Below are positions 9,700 to 19,032 of a stretch of 64,000 nucleotides of DNA, piece after piece. Position numbers and translations under genes: made by a program. Source of the stretch: Phycisphaerae bacterium (GTDB taxonomy: Bacteria; Planctomycetota; Phycisphaerae; SM23-33). Location: assembly GCA_049510055.1 (NCBI GenBank), contig JBEKZI010000003.1:10576-74575 (forward strand), in the 5' to 3' direction. The notes below the pieces were generated by a model that did not search any database, had not been told where the DNA came from, and saw only the letters and a list, made by a program, of their open reading frames with translations. The first letter of the stretch is position 1. Each line of letters opens with the position of its first letter.

Positions 9700-10012
9700 C
9701 GGCGTCGCCTTTGCTCTCCAGCCGCTGCCGGATGCTCTCCAGACACTGCTTGGCGCGGGGATCGTTTTTGACCTCCGCCAGCCGGCGCTCCAGCTCGCGC
9801 ACGTCCACCGCCTCGCCCAGGCATTGGGCGGCCGCCGGGCACCAGTCGGCGCACCGCGGCAGCGACTCCCGCAGCAGCACTTGGCCGCAGCGGCAGGTGC
9901 GCTTGGGCTCGTCGGTGAAGAATTCCACGATCCGCCCGCAGGCCGGGCAGGGCACCAGGACGCTCTCGAGGTTTCGTGGCATCATCCGGCCTGGGCATTT
10001 GAGTGTCAGCAT
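9674..10012 (-). CDS. Small Cys-rich zinc-ribbon protein
   Basis: 'CPACGRIVEFFTDEPKRTCRCGQVL' C4 ribbon plus 'CADWCPAAAQC'. Sits between acsE and the hypothetical gene, overlapping the latter by ~26 nt. Confidence 0.4.
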   Translation of the reverse strand: MLTLKCPGRMMPRNLESVLVPCPACGRIVEFFTDEPKRTCRCGQVLLRESLPRCADWCPAAAQCLGEAVDVRELERRLAEVKNDPRAKQCLESIRQRLESKGDADANAKKPT

Positions 10013-10024
10013 GATTGGACCGCC

Positions 10025-10813
10025 TTACCCGCGTCGGGCCGCGTCGAGGAATGAATCGCAGTAGATCACCTTTCCCAGCAGCAATTCCGCCGTGATGGCC
10101 GTGGTCATCAGCTCCGTGTCCAGCGGGTCCATGATGGCCGCGTCCAGCCCGTGCGCCATGGCCATGGCCAGGTAGGTGCGGTTGATGAGATTGCGCTCGT
10201 GGCATCGCTGGGAGACGTTGGACAATCCCAGCACCAGGTGTGGCGGCGGGTCGGCGAACGCCCGCAGCTGGGAAATGGCCTCGATGCAGTGCGCGGGGTT
10301 TTTGGGGGCTACGTTAACCGGCAGGATGATGGGGTCGATGAAGAGCTTATCCGCCGGCAGGCCGGCCTCCATGGCGATGGCGATGATCTGGGCGCCCAGC
10401 TCGACGCGTTTTTCCACGTTGCCGGGCACGCCGGCGGCGTCGAGGGTCAGGCCGATCAGCCCCGCCCCGTGTTCCACCGCCAGATGCACGTATTGACTGG
10501 CGATCTCCGGATCGGCCTTGCTGGAATTCAAAATTTTCTCGCCAAGCACCTGCGGCACGACGGCCGCCATGACCTCCCATTTGGCGGTGTCGATCGCCAG
10601 CGGGGCGTCCGTCACGGCGCGGATCGTCTCCACCAGCCACAGCATGGCCCCCTTGGCGTCGCTGGCGGCAGGACCGACGTTCACATCCAACGCCCTGGCG
10701 CCGGCGGCAAGCTGCTTTTTGGCCAAGTTCTGGATGACCTTGGCATCCTTGCCGCGGATCGCCTGCTTGACGTTCTCGAACATTCCATTGATGCGTTCGC
10801 CGATGACGTACAT
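10025..10813 (-). CDS. acsE: Methyltetrahydrofolate:corrinoid iron-sulfur protein methyltransferase (MeTr)
   Basis: ATG 10813 gives 'MYVIGERINGMF...'. Pterin-binding fold with 'LDVNVGP', 'VLGLSNVSQ', 'INRTYLAMAMAHGLDAAI'. Near-collinear with Moorella AcsE as recalled. The ORF's upstream extension is rejected. Confidence 0.9.
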   Translation of the reverse strand: MYVIGERINGMFENVKQAIRGKDAKVIQNLAKKQLAAGARALDVNVGPAASDAKGAMLWLVETIRAVTDAPLAIDTAKWEVMAAVVPQVLGEKILNSSKADPEIASQYVHLAVEHGAGLIGLTLDAAGVPGNVEKRVELGAQIIAIAMEAGLPADKLFIDPIILPVNVAPKNPAHCIEAISQLRAFADPPPHLVLGLSNVSQRCHERNLINRTYLAMAMAHGLDAAIMDPLDTELMTTAITAELLLGKVIYCDSFLDAARRG

Positions 10814-10833
10814 GAGTTCCGTTCTTTCTTTTT

Positions 10834-11811
10834 CTATGCGTTCTTGGCCGGCATGAACCGGTCGATGGCTTTCTTGGTCTGCTGGATGGCCTGGGGGTGC
10901 CGCATGATCAGCAGCTCGGCGCCGGATTGCAGCAGGACCGTCGCCGTGGCCGCCTCCCACAGAATGCCCCAGCGGTCGCGGTTTTCGTCCGTCACGCCGG
11001 CAAACGGCGGTGCCTTGGCCTCCTTGACGCGCCACGCCTCGAACCCCACGTCGCAGATCACCGGCTGGGCCAGCAGCTTGTCGCCCCGCAGCGCCGCCAG
11101 CCGCCCGCGCTCCTGAATGCTGTAGACGTACTCCAGGCCGTAGCCCAGCGCGCCGGTGGTGGGGAAAATGACGATGTCCGACAGGGGGTACCCCGCGTCA
11201 GAGCAGAGAATGTTGATCTGCTTGGCCATGTTGATGTCCAGCGGGCTTTCGGCGATGAGCTTGTGCTTGTCGGCCAGGCACACGGCCACGACGGTGCGAT
11301 AATTTTTTTCCCGCGCCGTGCCGAGCAAGCAGTTCTCGCCCTTGGCCGCCGCCGAGGCCGCCGGCAGGATCTCGTTGTCCTTCTCGTCCACGCCGCAGCC
11401 CCAGATGATCAGTGGCACGCCGACGGCCGCCAGGACTTCCTTGACGGTCTCGGCGCACTGCTGGGCCGAGCGATTGCCGGAATCCGGATGGGCGCCGGCC
11501 AGCCGCAGGCAGATCAGATCGGCCCCGAACTGGACCGCCTTTTTCGCCCAGGCGCCCGGGGAGGCCAGGGCGTCGCCGTACACCTCGCCAAGCGGCTGCG
11601 GCCAGGCGTCCCCGCCGCTGTCCCAGACCTCCACGGCGATGGCCGCCCGCCGCCCGACCGCCCCCTCGAACGCCAGGAAGGGCAGCGTGGCCGCTCCGCC
11701 GATGGCGATCGTGCTGGTCCGCGTGCCGCCTTCTTTGGCCGTCGCGCCGAGGATCATCGACGGGATCGCACCCGTCCACTTTTCCGACACGTCCGGCACG
11801 CTCGATGGCAT
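10834..11811 (-). CDS. acsD: Corrinoid iron-sulfur protein small subunit (CODH/ACS delta subunit)
   Basis: 'VLGATAKEGGTRTSTIAIGG', 'ICLRLAGAHPD', 'IIWGCG', 'MRHPQAI' match the AcsD/CdhD family across the full length. Confidence 0.9.
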   Translation of the reverse strand: MPSSVPDVSEKWTGAIPSMILGATAKEGGTRTSTIAIGGAATLPFLAFEGAVGRRAAIAVEVWDSGGDAWPQPLGEVYGDALASPGAWAKKAVQFGADLICLRLAGAHPDSGNRSAQQCAETVKEVLAAVGVPLIIWGCGVDEKDNEILPAASAAAKGENCLLGTAREKNYRTVVAVCLADKHKLIAESPLDINMAKQINILCSDAGYPLSDIVIFPTTGALGYGLEYVYSIQERGRLAALRGDKLLAQPVICDVGFEAWRVKEAKAPPFAGVTDENRDRWGILWEAATATVLLQSGAELLIMRHPQAIQQTKKAIDRFMPAKNA

Positions 11812-11826
11812 AAAGAAAAATCCCTT

Positions 11827-12636
11827 CTACTTTTTCACGTTTTTTGCATTTTCCGCATTTTTTGCAAAGGCGCCCGTGCCGATCTGCGGCAGGCACAGCC
11901 GGGCCAGTGCAGCGACGGCTGCTTGGGCCGCCGGACCGGCTTGGTCGTCCAACGGCACGCCCTGCGTGCAGCGGCGATGCAGGTCTTCGTCGAACGGCAC
12001 GCGAACCACGTCGCCGACGCCCGCAACGGCGAGGTCTTCAGGCAGCTCGTCCGACAGACCCGCCTGGCCGACCTTGTTCAGCACCAGCACGCGTCGGCGG
12101 ACGCGGATGGGCAGGGCGTTTGCCAACGTGGCCAGGCGACGGGCCGTGGTCAGCCCCACCGACGTCGCCTCGGCCACCAGCACCAGCACGTCCACGTCGT
12201 CCACCGTCAGGCGGGAAAGATACTCCATCCCCGCCTCGCAATCCACCACGACGGCCGGATAGGCGCCGCGAAGCTCCTTGAGGTATCGCCGCAGCAGGCC
12301 GTTGACGTAGCAATAGCATTGCGGGCCTTCCGGCCGGCCCATCGTCAGCAGGTCAAAGCCGCTGGCCTCGGTGAGCACCTGGGCCAGCCACTGGTTCATC
12401 AGCCGCTCTTTGGGGATCTCGCTGACGGCCTTGGCGGCTTGGCCCATACGGTCGCGGAGGTCGGAGATTGTGCCTTCCACCGGCACGCCCAGCGTCAAGC
12501 CGAGCGTGGAATTGGGATCGGCGTCCACCGCCAGGATGGGCTTGACCCCCGCGCGTACCAATTGCCGCAGGACCATCGCCGCCAGCGTGGTCTTGCCCGA
12601 ACCGCCCTTGCCGCTGAAGGCCACAAGTACGCCCAT
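11827..12636 (-). CDS. cooC: CooC/AcsF-type nickel-insertion ATPase (MinD/ParA family)
   Basis: 'MGVLVAFSGKGGSGKTT' deviant Walker A; ~270 aa; embedded in the acs operon. Confidence 0.85.
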   Translation of the reverse strand: MGVLVAFSGKGGSGKTTLAAMVLRQLVRAGVKPILAVDADPNSTLGLTLGVPVEGTISDLRDRMGQAAKAVSEIPKERLMNQWLAQVLTEASGFDLLTMGRPEGPQCYCYVNGLLRRYLKELRGAYPAVVVDCEAGMEYLSRLTVDDVDVLVLVAEATSVGLTTARRLATLANALPIRVRRRVLVLNKVGQAGLSDELPEDLAVAGVGDVVRVPFDEDLHRRCTQGVPLDDQAGPAAQAAVAALARLCLPQIGTGAFAKNAENAKNVKK

Positions 12637-12643
12637 CGTTAAC

Positions 12644-14566
12644 TCACCTCCCCGCGGCCATCTCAGCCGAGACGCGCGGGAATAATTCCATGTGTGTGTG
12701 CGGGAAGAAACACGCCGACACGAACTGGTCCATGAACGTCGGGTCGGTGCTCAACTCAAAGTACGTCATTCGCTCGGCGATGCGGGCCATCTCCTCGTAG
12801 GCCTCGGTGCTCAAGGCCGCCAGCTTCGCCCCGGCCAGAGAGGTATTGCCCACGAACCGCAGACGCTCCGGCGGGATATCCGGCAGCAAGCCGATGAAGA
12901 CGGCATTGGCCAGGTTCAGGAAATTCCCGAAGGCCCCAGCCACCGCGATCTCCGAGACGTCCTGGAAGCTCATGTTCAGAGCGTGCAGAAGGACCGTCGC
13001 GGCTGCGTAGATCGCCCCCTTGGCCCGCATGAGGTTGTTGATGTCGCTCTGGGTAACCAGGACGTCCTTGGGCGTGCCCGGCGGCGAGGCCGGGACGACC
13101 AGCCATTCCGCCTCGTCGTGGCGGCCGCGGCGCATTCGCTCGCCGGTGGCTTGAGGATGCAGCCGGCCGGTCTTGTCGATCACGCCGACGCGGAGCATCT
13201 CCGCGACCAAGTCCACGTAGCCGGTGCCGCACAGGCCTACCGGGGGGGCTGAACCGACCGTGGAGTATTCCAAGATGTGATCGGCGTCGGCCAGGCGGAT
13301 GTGGTCGATGGCGCCGCCCGTGGCCCGCATGCCGCTGCGGCACTCGGCCCCCTCAAAGGCCGGGCCGGCGGAGGCGCTGGCGCAGACCAGGAAATCACGG
13401 CCGCCAATGACCATCTCGCCGTTGGTGCCGATGTCGATCAGCATCCGCACTCCCTCGCCGTGCGCCAGTCCGGTGGCGTACACGCCGGCGACGAGGTCAC
13501 CGCCCACAAAACCGGCCACGGATGGCAGACAGTACAGCAGGCCGCGAGGATGGATTCGCAGGCCGACCTCCGCCGCCGGCAAGGGCGGCAGATGATAGGC
13601 TGCTCCGACGTAGGGTTCCCTGCGGATGTTGGCCGCCGGCAGGTCGGCCAGCAGATGCGTCATGGTGGTGTTGCCGGCCGCGGTGATCAGCAGGATATCC
13701 TTAGCCTCCAGGTGGTATCGGCCGGCCAGCTCCCCGATCAGCTCGTTGAGGTCGCCGACGATCGCCTTCTGCATGGCCCGCTGGTGGCCGGCGCTCTGGG
13801 AAGCGTACATAATCCGGCGGATGACATCGGCCCCGTGCGCGGCCTGTGAGTTGTACTTGGCCGCGCGGCCCAGCGTCTGGCCGGTTCGCAGGTCCACCAG
13901 GTGGCAGACCACCGTGGTGGTGCCGATGTCGGCCGCGATGCAGAAGTCTCGCTCGGTGGTGTCGCTGGCCTGGACGTCGAGGATTTCCGTGTACTTCCCG
14001 CGATACGCGGTCACGGCCGTGACCTTCCAATTGCTTTGACGCAGCAGGCTCGGCAGGCGGCGGATGACTTCGATATCACTTCGTAATTCCTTGCAATCAA
14101 ATGTGTTACGAATCGCCTCCTCCAGTCTTTGGAGGTCAGGCGAATTATCTCCAAGGTCAGGCGGGGCCAGTTCGAGATAAATTTTGCGGACCAGGGGCGC
14201 GAGGCGGCCGATCTGCTTGCCCAGCTCTACCGGTAGCGGCGGTTCGGCGGGGACGTGTTGTGTCGCGCCGCCCAAGCGGGAGGAGGGCGGAACCTCCACC
14301 GCCAGGTCCGACTCGACGCGGCCCTGACAGGCCAGGACGTAACCTTGCTCGGCCTCCTGGGGAGTGAAGAACTCGTTGGAGCCGCCGGCCGCCGTTCCTT
14401 GCCGGACGATCACGCGGCAGCGGCCGCAGACGCCCTCACCGCCGCAGAGGGAGTCGATGAGCACGCCCGCCTTGACCGCCGCGGACAGAATCGTCGCGCC
14501 TTGCGGCACCTGAGCGGATACTCCATCGGGGCGAAACTCCACTTTGCAGGTCTTGGCCATAGTCAA
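12644..14566 (-). CDS. Reductive activator of corrinoid protein (RACo): [2Fe-2S] ferredoxin + ASKHA ATPase
   Basis: N-terminal plant-type ferredoxin 'CGGEGVCGRCRV'; ~640 aa with an actin-like ATPase region. Position between cooC and acsC. Confidence 0.8.
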   Translation of the reverse strand: MTMAKTCKVEFRPDGVSAQVPQGATILSAAVKAGVLIDSLCGGEGVCGRCRVIVRQGTAAGGSNEFFTPQEAEQGYVLACQGRVESDLAVEVPPSSRLGGATQHVPAEPPLPVELGKQIGRLAPLVRKIYLELAPPDLGDNSPDLQRLEEAIRNTFDCKELRSDIEVIRRLPSLLRQSNWKVTAVTAYRGKYTEILDVQASDTTERDFCIAADIGTTTVVCHLVDLRTGQTLGRAAKYNSQAAHGADVIRRIMYASQSAGHQRAMQKAIVGDLNELIGELAGRYHLEAKDILLITAAGNTTMTHLLADLPAANIRREPYVGAAYHLPPLPAAEVGLRIHPRGLLYCLPSVAGFVGGDLVAGVYATGLAHGEGVRMLIDIGTNGEMVIGGRDFLVCASASAGPAFEGAECRSGMRATGGAIDHIRLADADHILEYSTVGSAPPVGLCGTGYVDLVAEMLRVGVIDKTGRLHPQATGERMRRGRHDEAEWLVVPASPPGTPKDVLVTQSDINNLMRAKGAIYAAATVLLHALNMSFQDVSEIAVAGAFGNFLNLANAVFIGLLPDIPPERLRFVGNTSLAGAKLAALSTEAYEEMARIAERMTYFELSTDPTFMDQFVSACFFPHTHMELFPRVSAEMAAGR

Positions 14567-14618
14567 ATAAAGTCCTCGCCGGCCGCGCCGGTCGGGAATA
14601 TTTTTTCACACCCCCGCG

Positions 14619-15971
14619 TCAGTTGTTCTTCCACTCGGTCTTGAGATAGGGCCCGATTCCCGACGCCTCCTTGGGACCCACCAGGACCTCCCAGCCGGAT
14701 TCATCCGCCAGGGGCGCGGTCATGACGGCCACCAGCCCCGGGATCACGAGGCGGCGGCGGTTCATCTTGTCCTTGGCGCCGGTGGCGTTCAAGGCGGCCG
14801 TGATCGTCTTGGGATTGAACTTGTCCGCCGCCCAGGCTGTCAGCACGCTGGTGCCTTCGGTGTCCACCGCCAGGATGCGGCAGGGGATGCGCGAGGCCTC
14901 GACTTCCGACTCAACGGCGTAATAGCTCAGCGAGAAATTCGTGGTGATCAGCAGGGGGCTGGCAGCGGAGACCTCGCCGACGTCGTAGAGCTTGGCCTCG
15001 ACCTGCACCGGCTTTTGCGGGTCGGTGTAGATGTTCTGCCGCGTGGTCAGGATCGGCAGGAGGTGGTACGGCTCCCAGGCGTCGGCGACAACCACGGCGG
15101 CGTACTTGCAGACGTACGCGCAGGCGTCCAGTGCGGCGGCGGCCTTGTCCGCCCCGCAGGCGACCGCCAGCGACGGATAGCCCAGCGGACGGAACTTTTT
15201 GTTCAAGGCGGCCCGGCGGCTCTGCGTCAGGAAGGCCAAGGCCGCTGCCGCGCTAGATACCTCGCCGGGGGAAATCAGGATGTCCTTGACGCCCTTGGCG
15301 GCCAGGGCCTCGGTGCGTTCCGCAACGGCTTCCAGCGTCCCGGCCACGCAGAGGGGGGCGGCGGCTTTTTTTGCCAAATCCGCCAACCCCGCCAGGTCGT
15401 CCGCCGCCTGGCCGGTGCAATACAGCACGGGCCGGGCGCCAGCCAGCGGCCCGGTGGCCGCGGCGGCCAGGCTGTCAAGCCGCGGACTCATCAAGACCAT
15501 CCCGATGCCCAGCTCCTTGTGGATGATTTCCGCAGCCGACCGCATCGCCTCCGGCGATCCGGATTCGTTGACCAGCGTGATCATGTCCGGGTGGAGGGTT
15601 TCCCCGACGCGGGTGAACTGCAACTGCTTGAAGGCCGCGCACGCCTGCCGCAGCATGTCCGGCGGATGGGTGTCGCAGAGTCGCAGCGCCACGGCCGGGG
15701 GATTGTAGAACTTGTCGTCGTGGCGGAACAGGGACGTTTCCTGGCCCACCTGGATCGTCTTATCCTGCGGGCCGATCTTCACCAGCCGTTGCGGCGGGGC
15801 GGAGGCCTCGCTCAGCTCCGCGCGGGCCTCCTCCGACAGGCGCGGACAGTCGTTCAATCCCGACTGGCCGGCGGCAACCTTCATCGCGAACGCCAGGCAC
15901 GTCGGTACGCCGCACTCCTTGCAGTTCGCCTTGGGGAGGCGTTTGTAAATTTCCAATCCCGTCAGGGCCAT
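14619..15971 (-). CDS. acsC: Corrinoid iron-sulfur protein large subunit (CODH/ACS gamma subunit)
   Basis: N-terminal [4Fe-4S] motif 'CKECGVPTCLAFAMKVA'. 'MALTGLEIYKRLPK' start matches the AcsC family. TIM-barrel plus B12-binding-like region. Confidence 0.9.
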   Translation of the reverse strand: MALTGLEIYKRLPKANCKECGVPTCLAFAMKVAAGQSGLNDCPRLSEEARAELSEASAPPQRLVKIGPQDKTIQVGQETSLFRHDDKFYNPPAVALRLCDTHPPDMLRQACAAFKQLQFTRVGETLHPDMITLVNESGSPEAMRSAAEIIHKELGIGMVLMSPRLDSLAAAATGPLAGARPVLYCTGQAADDLAGLADLAKKAAAPLCVAGTLEAVAERTEALAAKGVKDILISPGEVSSAAAALAFLTQSRRAALNKKFRPLGYPSLAVACGADKAAAALDACAYVCKYAAVVVADAWEPYHLLPILTTRQNIYTDPQKPVQVEAKLYDVGEVSAASPLLITTNFSLSYYAVESEVEASRIPCRILAVDTEGTSVLTAWAADKFNPKTITAALNATGAKDKMNRRRLVIPGLVAVMTAPLADESGWEVLVGPKEASGIGPYLKTEWKNN

Positions 15972-16002
15972 GGCCTAACCTCGATTTTTCTTGTCGCGGC
16001 GG

Positions 16003-18183
16003 TTACATCAGCGGGCCCATGCTCAGGGCCGGATGCCCGACGCGCTGCAAGTGCTCCAGGAGCTGCTCGGACGTCGTGGCGGCGGTTTCGTCGGCGATCT
16101 TGTCCACGAAGCCCGCCAGGTTCAGTTCGGCGGCCCGCTTCTCCAGGCGCTCGCGCATGTATTCTTTGAGTTCCTTGGGCATCCAGACCAGGCGCGGCAG
16201 TCCGCCCTCGGCCCGGATGAATTTGCGGCTGGCCAGGTACAGCCGGCCCACGCCCAGGAAGCCCGGCGTTTGCGCCCCGCCGCCGACGCTGCCGGCCAGC
16301 GTCGAGAACGGCATGCCAATGGGCGTCTCGCCGGCGTATTCGCGGTTGACGACCATCACGCCGTTGGCCTCCGGCACGATGGCCAGGATGCACTCGAAGC
16401 ACCCGCAGGACGTCATGGGCGATTGCAGTAGGCTGTACGCGCTGAACCGATCCACCGAGCCGTTGGACTTTTCGTGCACGAACGTGTTGACGCCTTCCCA
16501 TTCGCCGACGGTCTCGTTGACGCATCGGCCCTTGGGCACCGGCTGATTGCAGCCGGTGGGGTTGATCTCGTACGACGCCTGGCCGTCCAGCCAGTTGTAC
16601 GCCCCGCACAGGCCCAGCCGCTCCGGCGTGATCATGCACACGTGGTTAGGCGCGAAAGACTGGCACAGCGTGCAGGAGTAGAACACGTCCACGGATTCGT
16701 CCGTCATGTCGGCCACGCGCTCGTCGCGGGCGTTGCAGATCGGCTTGGAGCGTTGGACGATCGCCGCGACCTCCTCGCTGACGGTCGTGATAGTGACGGC
16801 GATCTTGTCCACGATGCCGCCGTACTCATCGTGCAGCTTGGCGTGAATAATCTTGCCGATGTGCTTGAGGCGAAAACCGGCCGCGATGGCCGCCTTGCTG
16901 ACGCGGCACCAGATCTGGTCGCGCTGGCCGGTGTGCATGAAGCCCATCGCCCCGTTGCAGTAGCGGTGGATCTGTCGTTCCAGGATGCCCTCGAAGTCCT
17001 TTTTCATCTTTCGCCCCGCCACGCGGACGTGCACGCCCAGGTCCGAGGCGCCGCCGGCCGCTATCGCGTCCAGGTCCTGGCCGTGGACGATGATCTCGCC
17101 GTCGGTGACCTCCTCCAGGGCGGCCGAGTCCAGCAGCTCCACCGCATGAGAGTACTTGCTGCCGAACTGCGCGTGCATGTCCTCCCGGCGGATGCGCTCG
17201 CCTTCAAAGGCCGGCGAGTAAGACACGGGAATGTCGATCTCCTCGACCTTGACCTTCACGCCGCGGACCTGGATGCACGTGGGCACCAGTTGGGCGTGGT
17301 CGGTCTGGCGGACCAGCGCTTCGTAGGTCGTGACGCCCGTGGCGCGGACCTCCGGCGTGGACTCGTGATCGCTGATGACCGGGAAGCCCATCGCGATGGC
17401 CCCGGCGCCGACGGCGTACCAGTCGTCGGGGATCGGCCCGAATGTGATGCCGAAGGCGTAGATGCGGTCCTTGCAGTATTTCAGGCAGTTTTTCCATTCG
17501 CCTTTCTTGTGGCCGCCGAACATCAGCGCCCCGCGAATGGCCCAGTCCAGGATGTAGATGGCCGCGTGCGTGTCGCGCCCGACGGGCACGATGTACGTGT
17601 CCCAGCCCAGCTCCACGCCCTCGGCCACGAGCTGGTCTTTCATGCTTTTTCCGTCGCGCGAGCACAGCAGGAACGACAGGATGCTTCGCTTCTGAAGCTC
17701 GCGGACGGTGTTCACCGCGACGGCGTTGCTGGGCGCCGGCCCGAGGATCGCGGCGAAGCCCGGCATGCGCCCGTCCACCAGTTGAATGCCCAGCTCGCGG
17801 AGCACCGTGTCGGAGATGAAACCCGTGCAGCCTTCCTCGATGGGTTCCTTGTCGGCATAGCGCAGGGCGCACGTGACCTCCATGGCCAGCAGGGCGGCGA
17901 TGCCCGAGTCCAGCCCGTCGCCCAAGTAGGGCAGCCACAGGCGGTCGGCGGGCACGGCCGGTAGCAGCTCGCGGCAGTGCGCCACCACCGCCTTCATGTC
18001 GGCCAGCGTCCGGACCTCCAGCCCCATCAGGGCGTACGCCATCGGCAGGAAAAAGGCCGTCTCGGGGAACTGGACCTTGAAGTCCTCGCCCTTGGCCTTG
18101 ATGGCCTCGGCGAGCTTGGCCTCAGCCTCCCGGACGAAGCCGCCGGCGCCTCGAATGACTGCCGTAATGACCTCTTTCGACAT
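16003..18183 (-). CDS. acsB: Acetyl-CoA synthase (A-cluster subunit of CODH/ACS)
   Basis: Long stretches near-identical to Moorella AcsB: 'RKMKKDFEGILERQIHRYCNGAMGFMHTGQRD', 'VDVFYSCTLCQSFAPNHVCMITPERLGLCGA', 'PMTSCGCFECI', 'FSTLAGSVGGGAQTPGF', C-terminal 'GHPALSMGPLM'. Confidence 0.95.
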   Translation of the reverse strand: MSKEVITAVIRGAGGFVREAEAKLAEAIKAKGEDFKVQFPETAFFLPMAYALMGLEVRTLADMKAVVAHCRELLPAVPADRLWLPYLGDGLDSGIAALLAMEVTCALRYADKEPIEEGCTGFISDTVLRELGIQLVDGRMPGFAAILGPAPSNAVAVNTVRELQKRSILSFLLCSRDGKSMKDQLVAEGVELGWDTYIVPVGRDTHAAIYILDWAIRGALMFGGHKKGEWKNCLKYCKDRIYAFGITFGPIPDDWYAVGAGAIAMGFPVISDHESTPEVRATGVTTYEALVRQTDHAQLVPTCIQVRGVKVKVEEIDIPVSYSPAFEGERIRREDMHAQFGSKYSHAVELLDSAALEEVTDGEIIVHGQDLDAIAAGGASDLGVHVRVAGRKMKKDFEGILERQIHRYCNGAMGFMHTGQRDQIWCRVSKAAIAAGFRLKHIGKIIHAKLHDEYGGIVDKIAVTITTVSEEVAAIVQRSKPICNARDERVADMTDESVDVFYSCTLCQSFAPNHVCMITPERLGLCGAYNWLDGQASYEINPTGCNQPVPKGRCVNETVGEWEGVNTFVHEKSNGSVDRFSAYSLLQSPMTSCGCFECILAIVPEANGVMVVNREYAGETPIGMPFSTLAGSVGGGAQTPGFLGVGRLYLASRKFIRAEGGLPRLVWMPKELKEYMRERLEKRAAELNLAGFVDKIADETAATTSEQLLEHLQRVGHPALSMGPLM

Positions 18184-18204
18184 GACACTGTCTCCTGTCT
18201 ATCG

Positions 18205-19032
18205 CTATCGCTTGGAAACTGCTGGGCTGGATGTTTGAGTGTAAACGGCAGCCTCGGGCCCTTCCTTTACCATGTGAGCGACCGTCTGCAACCGCCGGCA
18301 GGCGGGGCAAAGATTTTCCAACGGTACGTGCTGGGGCAAAATGGGCCGGATGTGTTCTAGTTGTCGGCAGGGCGCGAAGGGCCGGCCGCAGGATTGGCAG
18401 TGGGCTAGGTCCATGTCGGTGTTCCACGTCTGCATTCGCCGCAGCGGGCCGTCGTCGATGCTGCGAATATGTCCCGTGGGGCAGACGGCCACGCAGGCGC
18501 CGCAGCCGATGCAGACGTCCGAGGCCTCCCGGAACGGCGTGCCGACCTGCCGGTCCACGCCGCGGCTGGCAAAACCGATCGCGCCGATCTTCAGGACCTC
18601 TTCGCACACGCGCGTGCACAGGCCGCAGACGATGCACGTTTCGTCGGGGTCGTCGGTGGGGTAGGGGGTCTCCGTCACGCCGTACTTGGCCGCCAATTTC
18701 TGAATGACCTCGCTGCTGGGGCACCGCGCCAGCAGAAGCTCCAGCACCACCCGCCGGGCTTGCTGGACCGGTTGAGAGTCCGTCTGCACCTCCAGGCCGC
18801 CGCTGGCCGGATACTGGCAGGAGGCCACCAGGCCGCTTTTGCCCTCGGCGGCGACCTCCACCAGGCAGACGCGGCAGGCGGCGTAGGGCTCCAACGCCTC
18901 GTGGTGGCAAAGGGTCGGGATGTCCTTACCCAGCCTTCGACAGACCGTCAGCAAGGTCTCGCCGGGGCGGCCTTCGGTCGCCTGGCCATCCACCACAAGT
19001 TGGAATGCCTCGTCAGCCATTCTTGTTTGCAC
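18205..19032 (-). CDS. HoxU/NuoG-N-terminal-like iron-sulfur protein ([2Fe-2S] + [4Fe-4S] clusters; no hydrogenase catalytic domain)
   Basis: 'CRVCLVEV', 'CIVCGLCTRVC', 'CIGCGACVAVCPTG' and further Cys motifs. 275 aa, the size of a diaphorase gamma subunit. Confidence 0.75.
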   Translation of the reverse strand: MQTRMADEAFQLVVDGQATEGRPGETLLTVCRRLGKDIPTLCHHEALEPYAACRVCLVEVAAEGKSGLVASCQYPASGGLEVQTDSQPVQQARRVVLELLLARCPSSEVIQKLAAKYGVTETPYPTDDPDETCIVCGLCTRVCEEVLKIGAIGFASRGVDRQVGTPFREASDVCIGCGACVAVCPTGHIRSIDDGPLRRMQTWNTDMDLAHCQSCGRPFAPCRQLEHIRPILPQHVPLENLCPACRRLQTVAHMVKEGPEAAVYTQTSSPAVSKR

